From: Thermoplasmatota archaeon
GTDB taxonomy: Archaea; Thermoplasmatota; E2; DHVEG-1
Assembly: GCA_038740425.1 (NCBI GenBank)
Contig: JAVYLV010000004.1
Span: 1-41,039, forward strand
Direction: 5' to 3'
Length of the DNA stretch: 41,039 nt
The translations under genes were made by a program, and so were the position numbers. The notes under the pieces were generated by a model that was given only the letters and a program-made list of their open reading frames with translations, was not told the origin of the DNA and ran no database searches. This document shows, one piece after another, positions 1 through 9,839 of the stretch. Within the stretch, counting starts at the first letter, position 1, and every line of letters begins with the position of its first letter.

Positions 1-22
1 AAAGGTTGTTTGCGAAAAATTA

Positions 23-76
23 ATAATATTTATTAACAATTATATAATAGTTATTACTAATTAATAATAGTGATTA
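23..76. promoter_or_regulatory. three phased direct repeats ATAATA(T/G)T(T/G)ATTA, candidate operator array
   Basis: Copies at 23-35, 44-56 and 64-76 (21 and 20 bp apart), each containing the palindrome TAAT-N4-ATTA; upstream of a TTATAAA TATA-like box (~102-108) and an RHH gene. Very AT-rich context lowers certainty. Confidence 0.4.
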
Positions 77-138
77 ATTTTTAATAAACTGTTAAAAAAG
101 GTTATAAACTCATTTTATATGATGGTGGTTTTGGTATT

Positions 139-669
139 ATGAACAGACTAAGTGTATCACTGAACGATAAATCATTCGAGATCATACAGAAATACCTATC
201 TAAGTATAATACATCACAAGCTGATATAATAAGAAGAGCATTACAGATACTAGATATAATGGAGGAGGCTACAGATAAATCACCTATGGAGAATATACTA
301 ACATATATAGACTACTTAGCAAACAAGGAACATATAATACTAGACATAGTTCATTGGAAACTCATATTCCATGAGCTTAACCAACATGCATCAGATAACT
401 TCTGGGATGCCTTATACAAGACGGGAGACAACCATAGGAGGGAATACTTCGATAAAGGAATAAGAGAAGTAAAACAAATACTAAGATACGTTGAAAAGAC
501 AAACTGGTATACCCTAAAAGAGGAAACAAAGAACAGTTTTACCTTGATACTATCAGTGGCAGAATCATCGCGTTTCATAAAGACATTCTTTGAAGGATTC
601 TTCAGTAAATACCCGCAGAAGGTTGAAATAATAGAAGAGGACATGAAGATAAGAATAAACACACGCTAA
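139..669 (+). CDS. ribbon-helix-helix (CopG-like) transcriptional regulator with C-terminal domain
   Basis: N-terminal RLSVSL beta strand followed by helices with SQADIIRRAL; GGTGG RBS-like sequence upstream. Confidence 0.75.
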   Translation: MNRLSVSLNDKSFEIIQKYLSKYNTSQADIIRRALQILDIMEEATDKSPMENILTYIDYLANKEHIILDIVHWKLIFHELNQHASDNFWDALYKTGDNHRREYFDKGIREVKQILRYVEKTNWYTLKEETKNSFTLILSVAESSRFIKTFFEGFFSKYPQKVEIIEEDMKIRINTR

Positions 670-706
670 GAAACCTTTTCCATGGGTCTATATTTTTATC
701 ATATTC

Positions 707-2629
707 TTATGATTTCTTAAACCATCGTAAAAACATGAAGATTATAATCAGAAATATAGTTATGACTATGGCAGGTGCTACTATAAATATCACAGATTCG
801 TCAAGGATAAAATGAAAAACATTCTCAGGTTTATCCCCTGTTGAACCATTAGAACCACTAGAATCATTAGTCAATGTGATGCGAATAGTCTTTGATGCTG
901 TACTCCTACTACCATTATTATCAGTAACATTCAGATATACATTATAAATCCCAGGTGAAACAAATACATAGTGAGTAAACCTACCTTTAAGTTTCACACC
1001 ATTGATCTCCCAAGTGTAATCAACTATACTGCCATCAGGATCATAGCTACTAGACGCATCCAATACTATAGAAGCATTGACTAAGCCTGTATCAGAAATA
1101 TTAATAACAGGTACAGGTGGTTTATTATAAGGCGAAGGTTTATAAGCTACGATAATAGTTTTTCTATCAGGCTCTGACCATTCCATTTTATCATCCCTGA
1201 CATAGAACGATACATTATGCGTTCCTACAGATAGATTAGATGTTGAAAAATATTGACTATCGCTGAGAACACCATCTATATCTGAGAACCATCTGTAACC
1301 AGTTATGCTACCATCATCAGTACCATAACCATTCATATAAACAGGAGTACCATAGTAAGAGTAAGCAGGATTGATCGACGTGATATGGGCCACAGGTTTC
1401 TGGTTAACCGGAGAGGCAATAGTAACTGTTAATATATAAGGGTCAGACCAGGCTCCTTCATTATCCCTAACTGTGAAGGAGATGGTATGTATACCTGAGG
1501 AGAGGTCTGACCTAGTGAAAGATGATTCTGAACCATTATACAGTACACCGTTAATGTTAGACACCCATCGGTACCTTGTAATATAACCATCAGTGTCTAA
1601 ACCGCCGCCTGTGAATCTTATACTATCTCCATATTGTGCCTCTGCAGGATTAGCATTAGCACTTGTGACTAATGGTTTTTTATTACCTATGAATAGAGGG
1701 TAACGATCCACGTTACTACCACCAGGTATGATATATGGTGTGTCTCCTATACCATCACCATTTGCGTCAACCCCGGTGTAATCACTCCAATAGTTCCCAC
1801 CTGAAGGGTAACCGTTATCCCAGGTGTTATTACCCGAATCAATAGCGTTACTGCCACTGTTATCAAAGTTGTTATGATAGAGGACGTTACCACCACTATT
1901 AGAGCATTCGATTCCTTTAGAGTTCGCTGTTATAGTGTTACCCGCTATAGTGTTATCGTTAGCACCTATTCTCATACGTATGCCACATAGATTATTCCTA
2001 GTAATTATATTCTCATCTGAAATGATGTTACCTATTGAAAAATATATGTCAATACCAGCCATGTTATCCCTTATAGAGTTACCTTTAATGCTGTTAAAGG
2101 ACGAAACATAGATATTCAAACCATATTGATTATTGTTCCTTATAGTATTACCCTGAATAGTATTATAGTTAGATGAAAATAATTGTATGCCGTCGCTCTC
2201 TTTGCTGCCCTGTATTATACATGATTTTATATTACAATGATTTACTCCATCAAGGAGGAGACATTTCATACCAGTACCTTTAGCATTTTGTATAACAAAA
2301 CCTGATATACTAACGTTATCAGCGGTTATCCTGACTACATGTGTTGATGATACACCATTTATAACAGCTACTTCGCCCTCTACGCATATCAAAGATAATT
2401 CTTTATCTATGATTAAATTCTCATTATACGTGCCACTATATACATATATGGTCGAACCAGCAGAAGCGTTTGATATAGCGGATTTTATACTTGTGTAATC
2501 CCTACCACCTTTGATATCAACATATATAATCCCAGCTGAAGAAACCATGATAACGTTGTTGCTAACAACGATTGATATCAGAAAAAATAAGAGACAGAGG
2601 ATAGAATAAAAACCTCTTCTATGAACCAT
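707..2629 (-). CDS. membrane-anchored surface protein: NosD/CASH beta-helix plus PKD-like repeats
   Basis: Signal peptide; GTYNENLII and Asn-rich parallel beta-helix repeats; GGNYWSDY...DGIGDTPY motif; three PKD-like domains (DASSSYDPDGSIVDYTW); C-terminal TM helix with basic tail. Confidence 0.85.
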   Translation of the reverse strand: MVHRRGFYSILCLLFFLISIVVSNNVIMVSSAGIIYVDIKGGRDYTSIKSAISNASAGSTIYVYSGTYNENLIIDKELSLICVEGEVAVINGVSSTHVVRITADNVSISGFVIQNAKGTGMKCLLLDGVNHCNIKSCIIQGSKESDGIQLFSSNYNTIQGNTIRNNNQYGLNIYVSSFNSIKGNSIRDNMAGIDIYFSIGNIISDENIITRNNLCGIRMRIGANDNTIAGNTITANSKGIECSNSGGNVLYHNNFDNSGSNAIDSGNNTWDNGYPSGGNYWSDYTGVDANGDGIGDTPYIIPGGSNVDRYPLFIGNKKPLVTSANANPAEAQYGDSIRFTGGGLDTDGYITRYRWVSNINGVLYNGSESSFTRSDLSSGIHTISFTVRDNEGAWSDPYILTVTIASPVNQKPVAHITSINPAYSYYGTPVYMNGYGTDDGSITGYRWFSDIDGVLSDSQYFSTSNLSVGTHNVSFYVRDDKMEWSEPDRKTIIVAYKPSPYNKPPVPVINISDTGLVNASIVLDASSSYDPDGSIVDYTWEINGVKLKGRFTHYVFVSPGIYNVYLNVTDNNGSRSTASKTIRITLTNDSSGSNGSTGDKPENVFHFILDESVIFIVAPAIVITIFLIIIFMFLRWFKKS

Positions 2630-2916
2630 ATATTTCTCATCTCTCCATATAACAGTACAAATAGTACTGTTTGATAATGTTAATACTATAACTTATATTT
2701 TACTGATGTAAGTACTAAGAGATCAATTGTTGATGAAAAACCTATTACTTGATACAATTGCTAATAAAATATCCTAAAAATTAACTTTGTAGTATACCGA
2801 TAAAAGACTATCTTTATATTCTATACTATTAGTACAAAAATTTTTGAAGTATCTCGCCATCAAATATTTTATTAATAGGCATTCACATTCAAATAAACAA
2901 AAGGTGAGGGAAAAAT

Positions 2917-3606
2917 ATGGCTAGAGAATTCACAAAGAACATGCTAATAATGCTGATATCAATAATGGTAGGTGTAGTTATAATAACCTATTTCGTAGCT
3001 GATATTGTTAGACGTACCCAAATAGAGACACTTACAATTGAGCATGCAGCTGAGATCCAGAATATAAATTATAGAAATGAGAACTTCACTGATCATATAC
3101 TACAAGGTACGGTCAAGATGGATTCAGCACGTGAAATAAGAGAAGTTGGTAATTATTATTTTGACTTTGCATTATTCTGGTATACAAACGCTGTCTCCAC
3201 TTATAACAACAGTATAAGAGTAAATTACTGTAATAGATGTATAACCAACTGTACAGAAGCTATGACTAATTATCTGTCATCGTATGACAAATTTAAGATA
3301 TCAAAACCCTACTTCGAAAAAGCTAAAGATTATACGGATAATGATAAATACCTAGAGCTGATAGGATACTATACTTCATTTGCCCAGGCAGGTATCAACA
3401 TCACAATGCTTAGATACAATGCTAGTGTATTATTGAAAAAAGCGGCTGAAAACCTCTCATTAAATAACATGGAGAATGTCACACTTTTGATTACTCTTTT
3501 CAATGAGACCGAGATGCTATACGCACAACAGGTAGCAATATACAATACTTATAAAGAACAGATAAGTGAATATCTATTCTTTGATACCATACGAGAACCT
3601 CATTAA
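2917..3606 (+). CDS. hypothetical single-pass membrane protein, helical ectodomain
   Basis: 229-aa ORF with GGTGAGG RBS, N-terminal hydrophobic helix and several N-x-S/T sequons. Confidence 0.7.
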   Translation: MAREFTKNMLIMLISIMVGVVIITYFVADIVRRTQIETLTIEHAAEIQNINYRNENFTDHILQGTVKMDSAREIREVGNYYFDFALFWYTNAVSTYNNSIRVNYCNRCITNCTEAMTNYLSSYDKFKISKPYFEKAKDYTDNDKYLELIGYYTSFAQAGINITMLRYNASVLLKKAAENLSLNNMENVTLLITLFNETEMLYAQQVAIYNTYKEQISEYLFFDTIREPH

Positions 3607-3696
3607 AAAAGATTAAATTTAGAGAGATAGGGCTATCTTAACAGTAAAAACCTGATAGAATGTATTCTTTCTATTCCGCGTATCTTCTTAGTTCAT

Positions 3697-5649
3697 CTAG
3701 TTTTTATCCTTCAAGCCTATCCTATGCTCATCAAAGAAGAAGATAGGTGATACAACAGGATTCTTTGTCGAAGTAAAAACCACCTGTTTTAAACCAGATA
3801 ACGTGGTGTTAATTTGAGAGACAGTTTTTGTATCAACTATGCCAACGCCTGAACGATTCAACGTATATCTAAGCATATTGCCCTCCTGCTCAATACGTAA
3901 CTTATACCAACCATTATATAGGTAACCCTGTGGGTAATCGGTACTCAATTTTTTCCAACTAGTAGAGGAATCACGATAAAATAATGATAACACATAATCA
4001 GTTGGATGATCATTACCACACTTAATATAATCGAATTTTATTGTTGCTATGTCCTGACCATTCTCATTCTTAAAGGTTAAGTACAAGTCAGCTTCTTCAC
4101 TAATATTACCACAGGCGAGCCATACCTCCCACCATGAAACGTGCTTGTTAAACTGCGCTAAAGTATAATTCCAATACTGTGGGTTATCTCTTTCACGTAG
4201 TTTTACTTTAAATGATTTCAACGTAGAGTAATGATAACTCAATGCAACCTCAAAATTACTAGAAACGTCTCTCTGGCTGGTGACGAACCATTGATATATA
4301 TCATAAGACTGCACAGCACCCACGCCAGGCGTGTCATCTGAGAAATCCTCAATTAGAACAGACGGTGTCTCGTAAGCAGTAACATAAAGAATTGTTGGAT
4401 CATCATCCCCTGTCTCCCCATCACCATCTTGATCTATACCATCATCAATAAATGGATCATCGGTAAGCTCAACTGCATCATTTATATGATCCTCATCACT
4501 GTCCCAGTATACATTACCCTGGTTTTTAATTTCAGCATTATTAGGTAAACCATCATTAACCCTGACTTGGAATGTTAGTATGACACTACTCTTAGCTGGT
4601 ATACCACCATTCCATACTATCCTGTTATTAACTGCATCATAACCTACAGTACCAGATGAGGCGGTAGCAGAACCTATGATATACGTAGTATTAACTGGTA
4701 TCATATCCTCAAATTCATTACCTGGGTTATCTGTCTGAGGTATAGTACCTATGTTACTAATAGTGATACTATATTTTACTGTATCACCACATTCTAATAA
4801 ACCACCGTTAAGATCCTCAGCTGTTTTACGGGCTATGATCTCTGCTTTGGCGTAACCTGAGAACATGACGTTATCTATAAAAGCAGCGCTATCAAACTGG
4901 TTATCACCAGTATCAACTATATCAAAGGTAATAGTGACCAGTTCATTTGGTGACACAGGATGCTCCCTTGTAATCAGAGCGGTTGCACCAGCATCAGAAC
5001 CGGGGTTCTGAGGTGTTGTAGATACCCAGTCGACGCCCTCAGGGTTACCACTAGTAGCAAATATATCAAAACCTGTACCAGGTATATGGTTAGCATTTAA
5101 TACGAAATCACCGCTGTTAACATCAATAACATAGGTTGATACACCTTTTGATGGTGAATTCACAGTTATCGTTAACTTATCGTTATACTGAGAGCCTATA
5201 TACTCTGGTGCTTCAGCACTATAGAATTGTACATCATAATACAGATAATGCATATACGGCGGTACACGTAAGGTGAGGGTTAAGGTTGATCTATCACGAG
5301 GAGTACCATACTGTCCACCGATGAACCATTCACCACGTTCACTACCAGGATTAAGAGCACTAGTTGTAACAATAGGTGTACCAGCTATACCTGTGCTAAG
5401 CAGTATGAACGTTGATCCATGTGTAGGATACATAGTACCTAAATGTGACAAAACCACAGCTTGCCTATGACCATATTGATCAGTATCTGTATACGAGCTA
5501 CCAACCAATACTGATGGATCATTTAATATTGCTAATGCTAGATCCAAACCGTCATACGAACCAGCGGTAACGGGTTTATAAGTGAAAGCACTCATAGCAA
5601 GTAACAAGGTAATGACTGTTAATAATATCAAACTGTTATAATGCTTCAT
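3697..5649 (-). CDS. secreted adhesin-like protein (choice-of-anchor-L-like domain, DUF11 domain, acidic Ca-binding loop)
   Basis: Signal peptide; FYSAEAPEYIGSQYND and DTGDNQFDSAAFID motifs; DUF11-type GDTVKYSITISNIG...DMIPVNTTYIIGS; DGIDQDGDGETGDDD loop; starts 5 bp after the pilin gene. Confidence 0.7.
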   Translation of the reverse strand: MKHYNSLILLTVITLLLAMSAFTYKPVTAGSYDGLDLALAILNDPSVLVGSSYTDTDQYGHRQAVVLSHLGTMYPTHGSTFILLSTGIAGTPIVTTSALNPGSERGEWFIGGQYGTPRDRSTLTLTLRVPPYMHYLYYDVQFYSAEAPEYIGSQYNDKLTITVNSPSKGVSTYVIDVNSGDFVLNANHIPGTGFDIFATSGNPEGVDWVSTTPQNPGSDAGATALITREHPVSPNELVTITFDIVDTGDNQFDSAAFIDNVMFSGYAKAEIIARKTAEDLNGGLLECGDTVKYSITISNIGTIPQTDNPGNEFEDMIPVNTTYIIGSATASSGTVGYDAVNNRIVWNGGIPAKSSVILTFQVRVNDGLPNNAEIKNQGNVYWDSDEDHINDAVELTDDPFIDDGIDQDGDGETGDDDPTILYVTAYETPSVLIEDFSDDTPGVGAVQSYDIYQWFVTSQRDVSSNFEVALSYHYSTLKSFKVKLRERDNPQYWNYTLAQFNKHVSWWEVWLACGNISEEADLYLTFKNENGQDIATIKFDYIKCGNDHPTDYVLSLFYRDSSTSWKKLSTDYPQGYLYNGWYKLRIEQEGNMLRYTLNRSGVGIVDTKTVSQINTTLSGLKQVVFTSTKNPVVSPIFFFDEHRIGLKDKN

Positions 5650-5654
5650 CCTAT

Positions 5655-7976
5655 CTACACACCCCCGCTATACATTGTTATCATTAAATGCTCAGATTCA
5701 GTAATAACATCATCATTGATCATATTGTTTGGTGTTATTATACAATACCATATATCGCCATACAATGTTTCTTCTGATACGATGACGCTCTTATCAGATA
5801 AACCATCCTTACCACATAGATAGTTCTGGTATATCTGTTCAGGCGATAATGCACGTTGGTAGATGCATAAATTATCTATGAAACCTGTTAAACCTGCTCC
5901 ACCGCCTATGGGTAGACCCGTAATGGTTAGTTCATCTATAGCAACGTATTCATCTAATGACGAAGTCATCCATTTAAACTGTAAGTACAGAATGTTGATA
6001 TCATTAGGTATATCCACTTCTACGCGGACCCATGATGACTGACCAGTACCTATTACAGGTTCATCAACTTCGAACACAGGGATCCATTGGCCATTATAGA
6101 GATAGTATAAACCAACGAAGTCATCAGATTCAGTATTCTTATAACTATAATAAACTGATAGTTTGATATTCTCATAGTTTGATACATCTATACCTGTCCT
6201 GTTATAAATGATATACGCTGGGTCGAAATCACCGGTACCAGCTATAGCGTACGATCCGCTATAAGGGTTCAGATAAGGGTAACCATATATATTGAAATCA
6301 TATTCCATACGGCTGTAAGCTGTAGCATTAATATATACTGCATCAATGTACACCTCATCGTAATCACTGCTCGCGTCACATTGAAATCTTATCTTCATAT
6401 TAGTTGGGAAGTTATAGTTACTCTTGTTTATGTATAAAACCTCATGGTACCACTTATCTTTCTGGTAGCCACTAGGATAGTCTCTGTCGAGAACGGTAAT
6501 CCATGAGGAGCCATCATAGTACAGCACCCACCAATCCTCACCATTAACCCACCCGGTACCTCTCCACATCCACCAGAAGTCAATCTTGATTGATATGTAA
6601 CCAGGGGTACTTACATCAATAGGATTCGTGAGGTAGAATGATGATGCTAGACCACTGTTATCTCTGATTAAAACTGAATGAGTACCTTCATATTTATAGG
6701 TTGAACTGCGGAGACAGTCGCTACCACCACTAGTGTAGCTACCAAAACCAGTATTGAAATTGTCATATCTTAGAGTATCCCAGGTTTCAGTCTCTCCTGT
6801 ATGCTCTGTTTCGATCCAGTTGTTCTTCTCCTCTTGTGTCTCAAAACCAGTTGAGAATATACCCTTCCTCTCCGATATAGTCTCTTTACCGATATAACCA
6901 TAACTGGAGGTAGCACCATAGCCAAGGCTAGTACTAGGTGTATGACTCTGTTCTTTTTTATTGAGAAAACCATCAATGTATATAGAGCTTACACCTGTGG
7001 ATGAATCATAGGATGCCGCTATATAATGCCAAGTATCATCATTAACAGGTATGGTACTTGTTATACTACTTGTACCATCACTACCTGTAGTTGTCAATAT
7101 AATCCTACCAGTGTTACTTATAGTTATTTCAAATAGTTTTGTACGGTTAAATGATATAATTGACATACCACTTGCTGATGTTTTAATCCAGAAATCAACT
7201 GTTAGCTCATTAATCCGAGGGTTATCAAAACAGTAAGGGACCTCTATGTAACCATTACCATTGAATCTATACGCTCCACCTATCTTACCATCGCTACTCC
7301 ATGTTATACCACCAAATATACTACCGTTATACTGATTACCTGAGTAATCTTTAACATTAGAGATAGTATTAGTATCAAAAGGCATTAATAAACGTGCAAA
7401 AGACTTAGATATCAGCCCCCGCTCAATCATCCATCTATAGATATAGGTGCGTGGTTTAGGAGAGAGAGAACTGTTAACAGAAAGGTTATAACATATTAAA
7501 TCTTCATCAACTGACCGGGTACGAAGGGTTGATATAAGAATAGGGAAAGACAGTGGAGAAGATATAATAGAGGAACCTGTACCTTTTAGAATACCATCAA
7601 AAACCACAGACCTATAACCAGTATCATCTATCGAATAAACTGTTATACGTTTATACTCACTACTATTAAGTAAAACAGGGGGAGAATATACCCCGCCGAA
7701 ACTCCAAAGATCATTCCTCTTATCCTTTAAAGAACCGTTGATATATACCTCATATGATTTTAGAGGTTCTCCTCCTATATGCTGAAGCACTATACGCCCA
7801 TCCTGTACATATCCAACAATATGCACATTAGGCTCCACTGGTGGTAATTGCAGAGGGAAAACAGCATTATAAATAAAGATGAATACTATCACTGCTATCA
7901 GGATTAGGAATACACTACCAAGTACCTCTGATACTGCATAATCAATTTTTCCAAAGGCAGAATGATACGCCCGCAT
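5655..7976 (-). CDS. large archaeal type IV pilin-like adhesin (Pilin_N/DUF1628 N-terminus, LamG and jelly-roll domains)
   Basis: Class III signal peptide DYA|VSEVLG plus hydrophobic stretch, HIGGEPL motif, LamG motifs (KDYSGNQYNG, DDTWHYIAASYD, GFIDNLCIYQRALS). Confidence 0.8.
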   Translation of the reverse strand: MRAYHSAFGKIDYAVSEVLGSVFLILIAVIVFIFIYNAVFPLQLPPVEPNVHIVGYVQDGRIVLQHIGGEPLKSYEVYINGSLKDKRNDLWSFGGVYSPPVLLNSSEYKRITVYSIDDTGYRSVVFDGILKGTGSSIISSPLSFPILISTLRTRSVDEDLICYNLSVNSSLSPKPRTYIYRWMIERGLISKSFARLLMPFDTNTISNVKDYSGNQYNGSIFGGITWSSDGKIGGAYRFNGNGYIEVPYCFDNPRINELTVDFWIKTSASGMSIISFNRTKLFEITISNTGRIILTTTGSDGTSSITSTIPVNDDTWHYIAASYDSSTGVSSIYIDGFLNKKEQSHTPSTSLGYGATSSYGYIGKETISERKGIFSTGFETQEEKNNWIETEHTGETETWDTLRYDNFNTGFGSYTSGGSDCLRSSTYKYEGTHSVLIRDNSGLASSFYLTNPIDVSTPGYISIKIDFWWMWRGTGWVNGEDWWVLYYDGSSWITVLDRDYPSGYQKDKWYHEVLYINKSNYNFPTNMKIRFQCDASSDYDEVYIDAVYINATAYSRMEYDFNIYGYPYLNPYSGSYAIAGTGDFDPAYIIYNRTGIDVSNYENIKLSVYYSYKNTESDDFVGLYYLYNGQWIPVFEVDEPVIGTGQSSWVRVEVDIPNDINILYLQFKWMTSSLDEYVAIDELTITGLPIGGGAGLTGFIDNLCIYQRALSPEQIYQNYLCGKDGLSDKSVIVSEETLYGDIWYCIITPNNMINDDVITESEHLMITMYSGGV

Positions 7977-8079
7977 CTCTCCTAACCACTATATTAAATA
8001 TCTCTATCTCCATATATATAAAACATTGGAGACATTTTGTCATATCACACGTTATGTCAACATAGAAGGATAAACCCTA

Positions 8080-8973
8080 TCAGAAGAAGAACTTGAATAT
8101 TATAAATGATATAATCGTCAATATAAAACCATATCGTACACCTGAAGATAAACGCCCATCAGTCATAAAACCACCTAGCACCCCTCCACCTACACTCTGT
8201 ACTACAACAAAAGTGTAGAACATGTTTTTAACCTCTAACGGGTTAACCTTAGCTAATCTAATAGTACCCATACGTTGACCAGCCATTTTACTCTGAACAT
8301 CAATCAAAGCTGCAAAGATAGTCTTATCAATGATCAATAAAACCGCTAAGAACACAAAGAAACTTATGAATATCACTATACTATACATGGACATCTCAGT
8401 TTTCCTCTGTTGTTCAACCCTTTTAATCTGATCCAACTCCTTAGCAGCAGCGTAGAAGACCGATGATGTGTTACCACCTATCTCAAATGCTTTATTCATA
8501 GTTATAGCTAAGCGTTTAATCTCATTAGTATTTATACGCTCAGCGAAATTCACCAAAGCATCCTTAACTGAGATACCCCATGATATCTGTGCAGCCATCA
8601 TCTTAAGCTCAGGTGTAAGTCTACCATAATCTCCTTCAGATGCTGATCTAATAGCATCATAAATTGTCATACCTGAGGATGTTGAGTTAGCTATATCACG
8701 TAGAAACTCAGGCAGCTTATCATGTATCTCTTTCTTCTGTTTCCTTTTTATATGATCATAAAAACCTATAGGGCCTATACAGCATAGAACACCAAACACA
8801 AAAAAATCAACACTACTAAGTATATTCCCTGGTATCTTGATCCCACCTATAGCCAAGAAGAAACCAACTATGAAGAACATTGTAGCGAGTATTATAGATA
8901 CACCCATCAGTATCTCAATGTTCTTATCTTTCCCATAGTATCTATGAATATTGTATTTTTTCTTCTTAACCAT
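8080..8973 (-). CDS. type II/IV secretion F-family (TadC-like) pilus membrane platform protein
   Basis: LPEFLRDIA..SSGMT..DAI, YGRLTPE, ISWG motifs; multiple TM helices; operon with ATPase. Confidence 0.88.
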   Translation of the reverse strand: MVKKKKYNIHRYYGKDKNIEILMGVSIILATMFFIVGFFLAIGGIKIPGNILSSVDFFVFGVLCCIGPIGFYDHIKRKQKKEIHDKLPEFLRDIANSTSSGMTIYDAIRSASEGDYGRLTPELKMMAAQISWGISVKDALVNFAERINTNEIKRLAITMNKAFEIGGNTSSVFYAAAKELDQIKRVEQQRKTEMSMYSIVIFISFFVFLAVLLIIDKTIFAALIDVQSKMAGQRMGTIRLAKVNPLEVKNMFYTFVVVQSVGGGVLGGFMTDGRLSSGVRYGFILTIISFIIFKFFF

Positions 8974-8975
8974 CC

Positions 8976-9839
8976 CTATACTTCCTCACCCATACCTATC
9001 TTCATCATCATGTAGAAGCCAAAATAAGCTAATGGTAGTATCATCAAAGCTAGTATGTAGAGGAAATCATATGAGATACCACCACTTGTTAAACCCATGA
9101 CTGAAATGATTATCACTAAAAACAACGGGAATGCTATCACAGTTACTACAAAACTCTCAGCCATCACAGCCAGTGATTCCAAACTCTTTTTTCTACTATC
9201 AAGATCATCGAACATGTATTTATCAACACATCTTTCAAAATAAGGACCTAGTTCACTACCTGATTGTATAGTACCAACTATACCCTGCAGGAACTCAGCA
9301 AACTTCTTAGAGGGGGATATCGTTATAGCATGTTTAAGAGCAGTGATAGCATCCACACCCATAAGCTCTATCTCAGTCGTTATTTTTTTAGCTTCTTTCT
9401 GCACCTCACCGTACAAGCTTATACCAGCTAACGTACCGAATATCTCTGATGGTGACACACCAGCTGCTGACATTGTATTAATAAAGTTAGTGACATATGG
9501 TAAATAGCGATCTATGTTTTTCCCACGTGACTTAGCCTTTGATGATGGTAAACCTATATAGACAACTGCGATTATAACAGGTACAACACAGGATACCACC
9601 AGCATAATTAACGCAGTGATGGAATTAGGAAATAGAAGATAAAGTATCAAAGTTGAGGAAAAGGAGGATATGAAACCTATTATTATATTCATAAGAACCA
9701 TTGAGTAGTACTCCTGGTATACCATGCTTATATCAGCTTTCTCTAATAGGTTATTCTTACTGGTTTCACTCACGTTAAATCTTTTAAATACGTTTTCAAA
9801 GAGACGGCGACACATTCTGGTATAAGAAGTGGATTTCAT
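8976..9839 (-). CDS. type II/IV secretion F-family (TadB/ArlJ-like) membrane protein
   Basis: IDRYLPY..MSAAG, LYGEV..E, ELMGVD..TAL, SPSKKFAEFLQG motifs. Confidence 0.88.
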   Translation of the reverse strand: MKSTSYTRMCRRLFENVFKRFNVSETSKNNLLEKADISMVYQEYYSMVLMNIIIGFISSFSSTLILYLLFPNSITALIMLVVSCVVPVIIAVVYIGLPSSKAKSRGKNIDRYLPYVTNFINTMSAAGVSPSEIFGTLAGISLYGEVQKEAKKITTEIELMGVDAITALKHAITISPSKKFAEFLQGIVGTIQSGSELGPYFERCVDKYMFDDLDSRKKSLESLAVMAESFVVTVIAFPLFLVIIISVMGLTSGGISYDFLYILALMILPLAYFGFYMMMKIGMGEEV

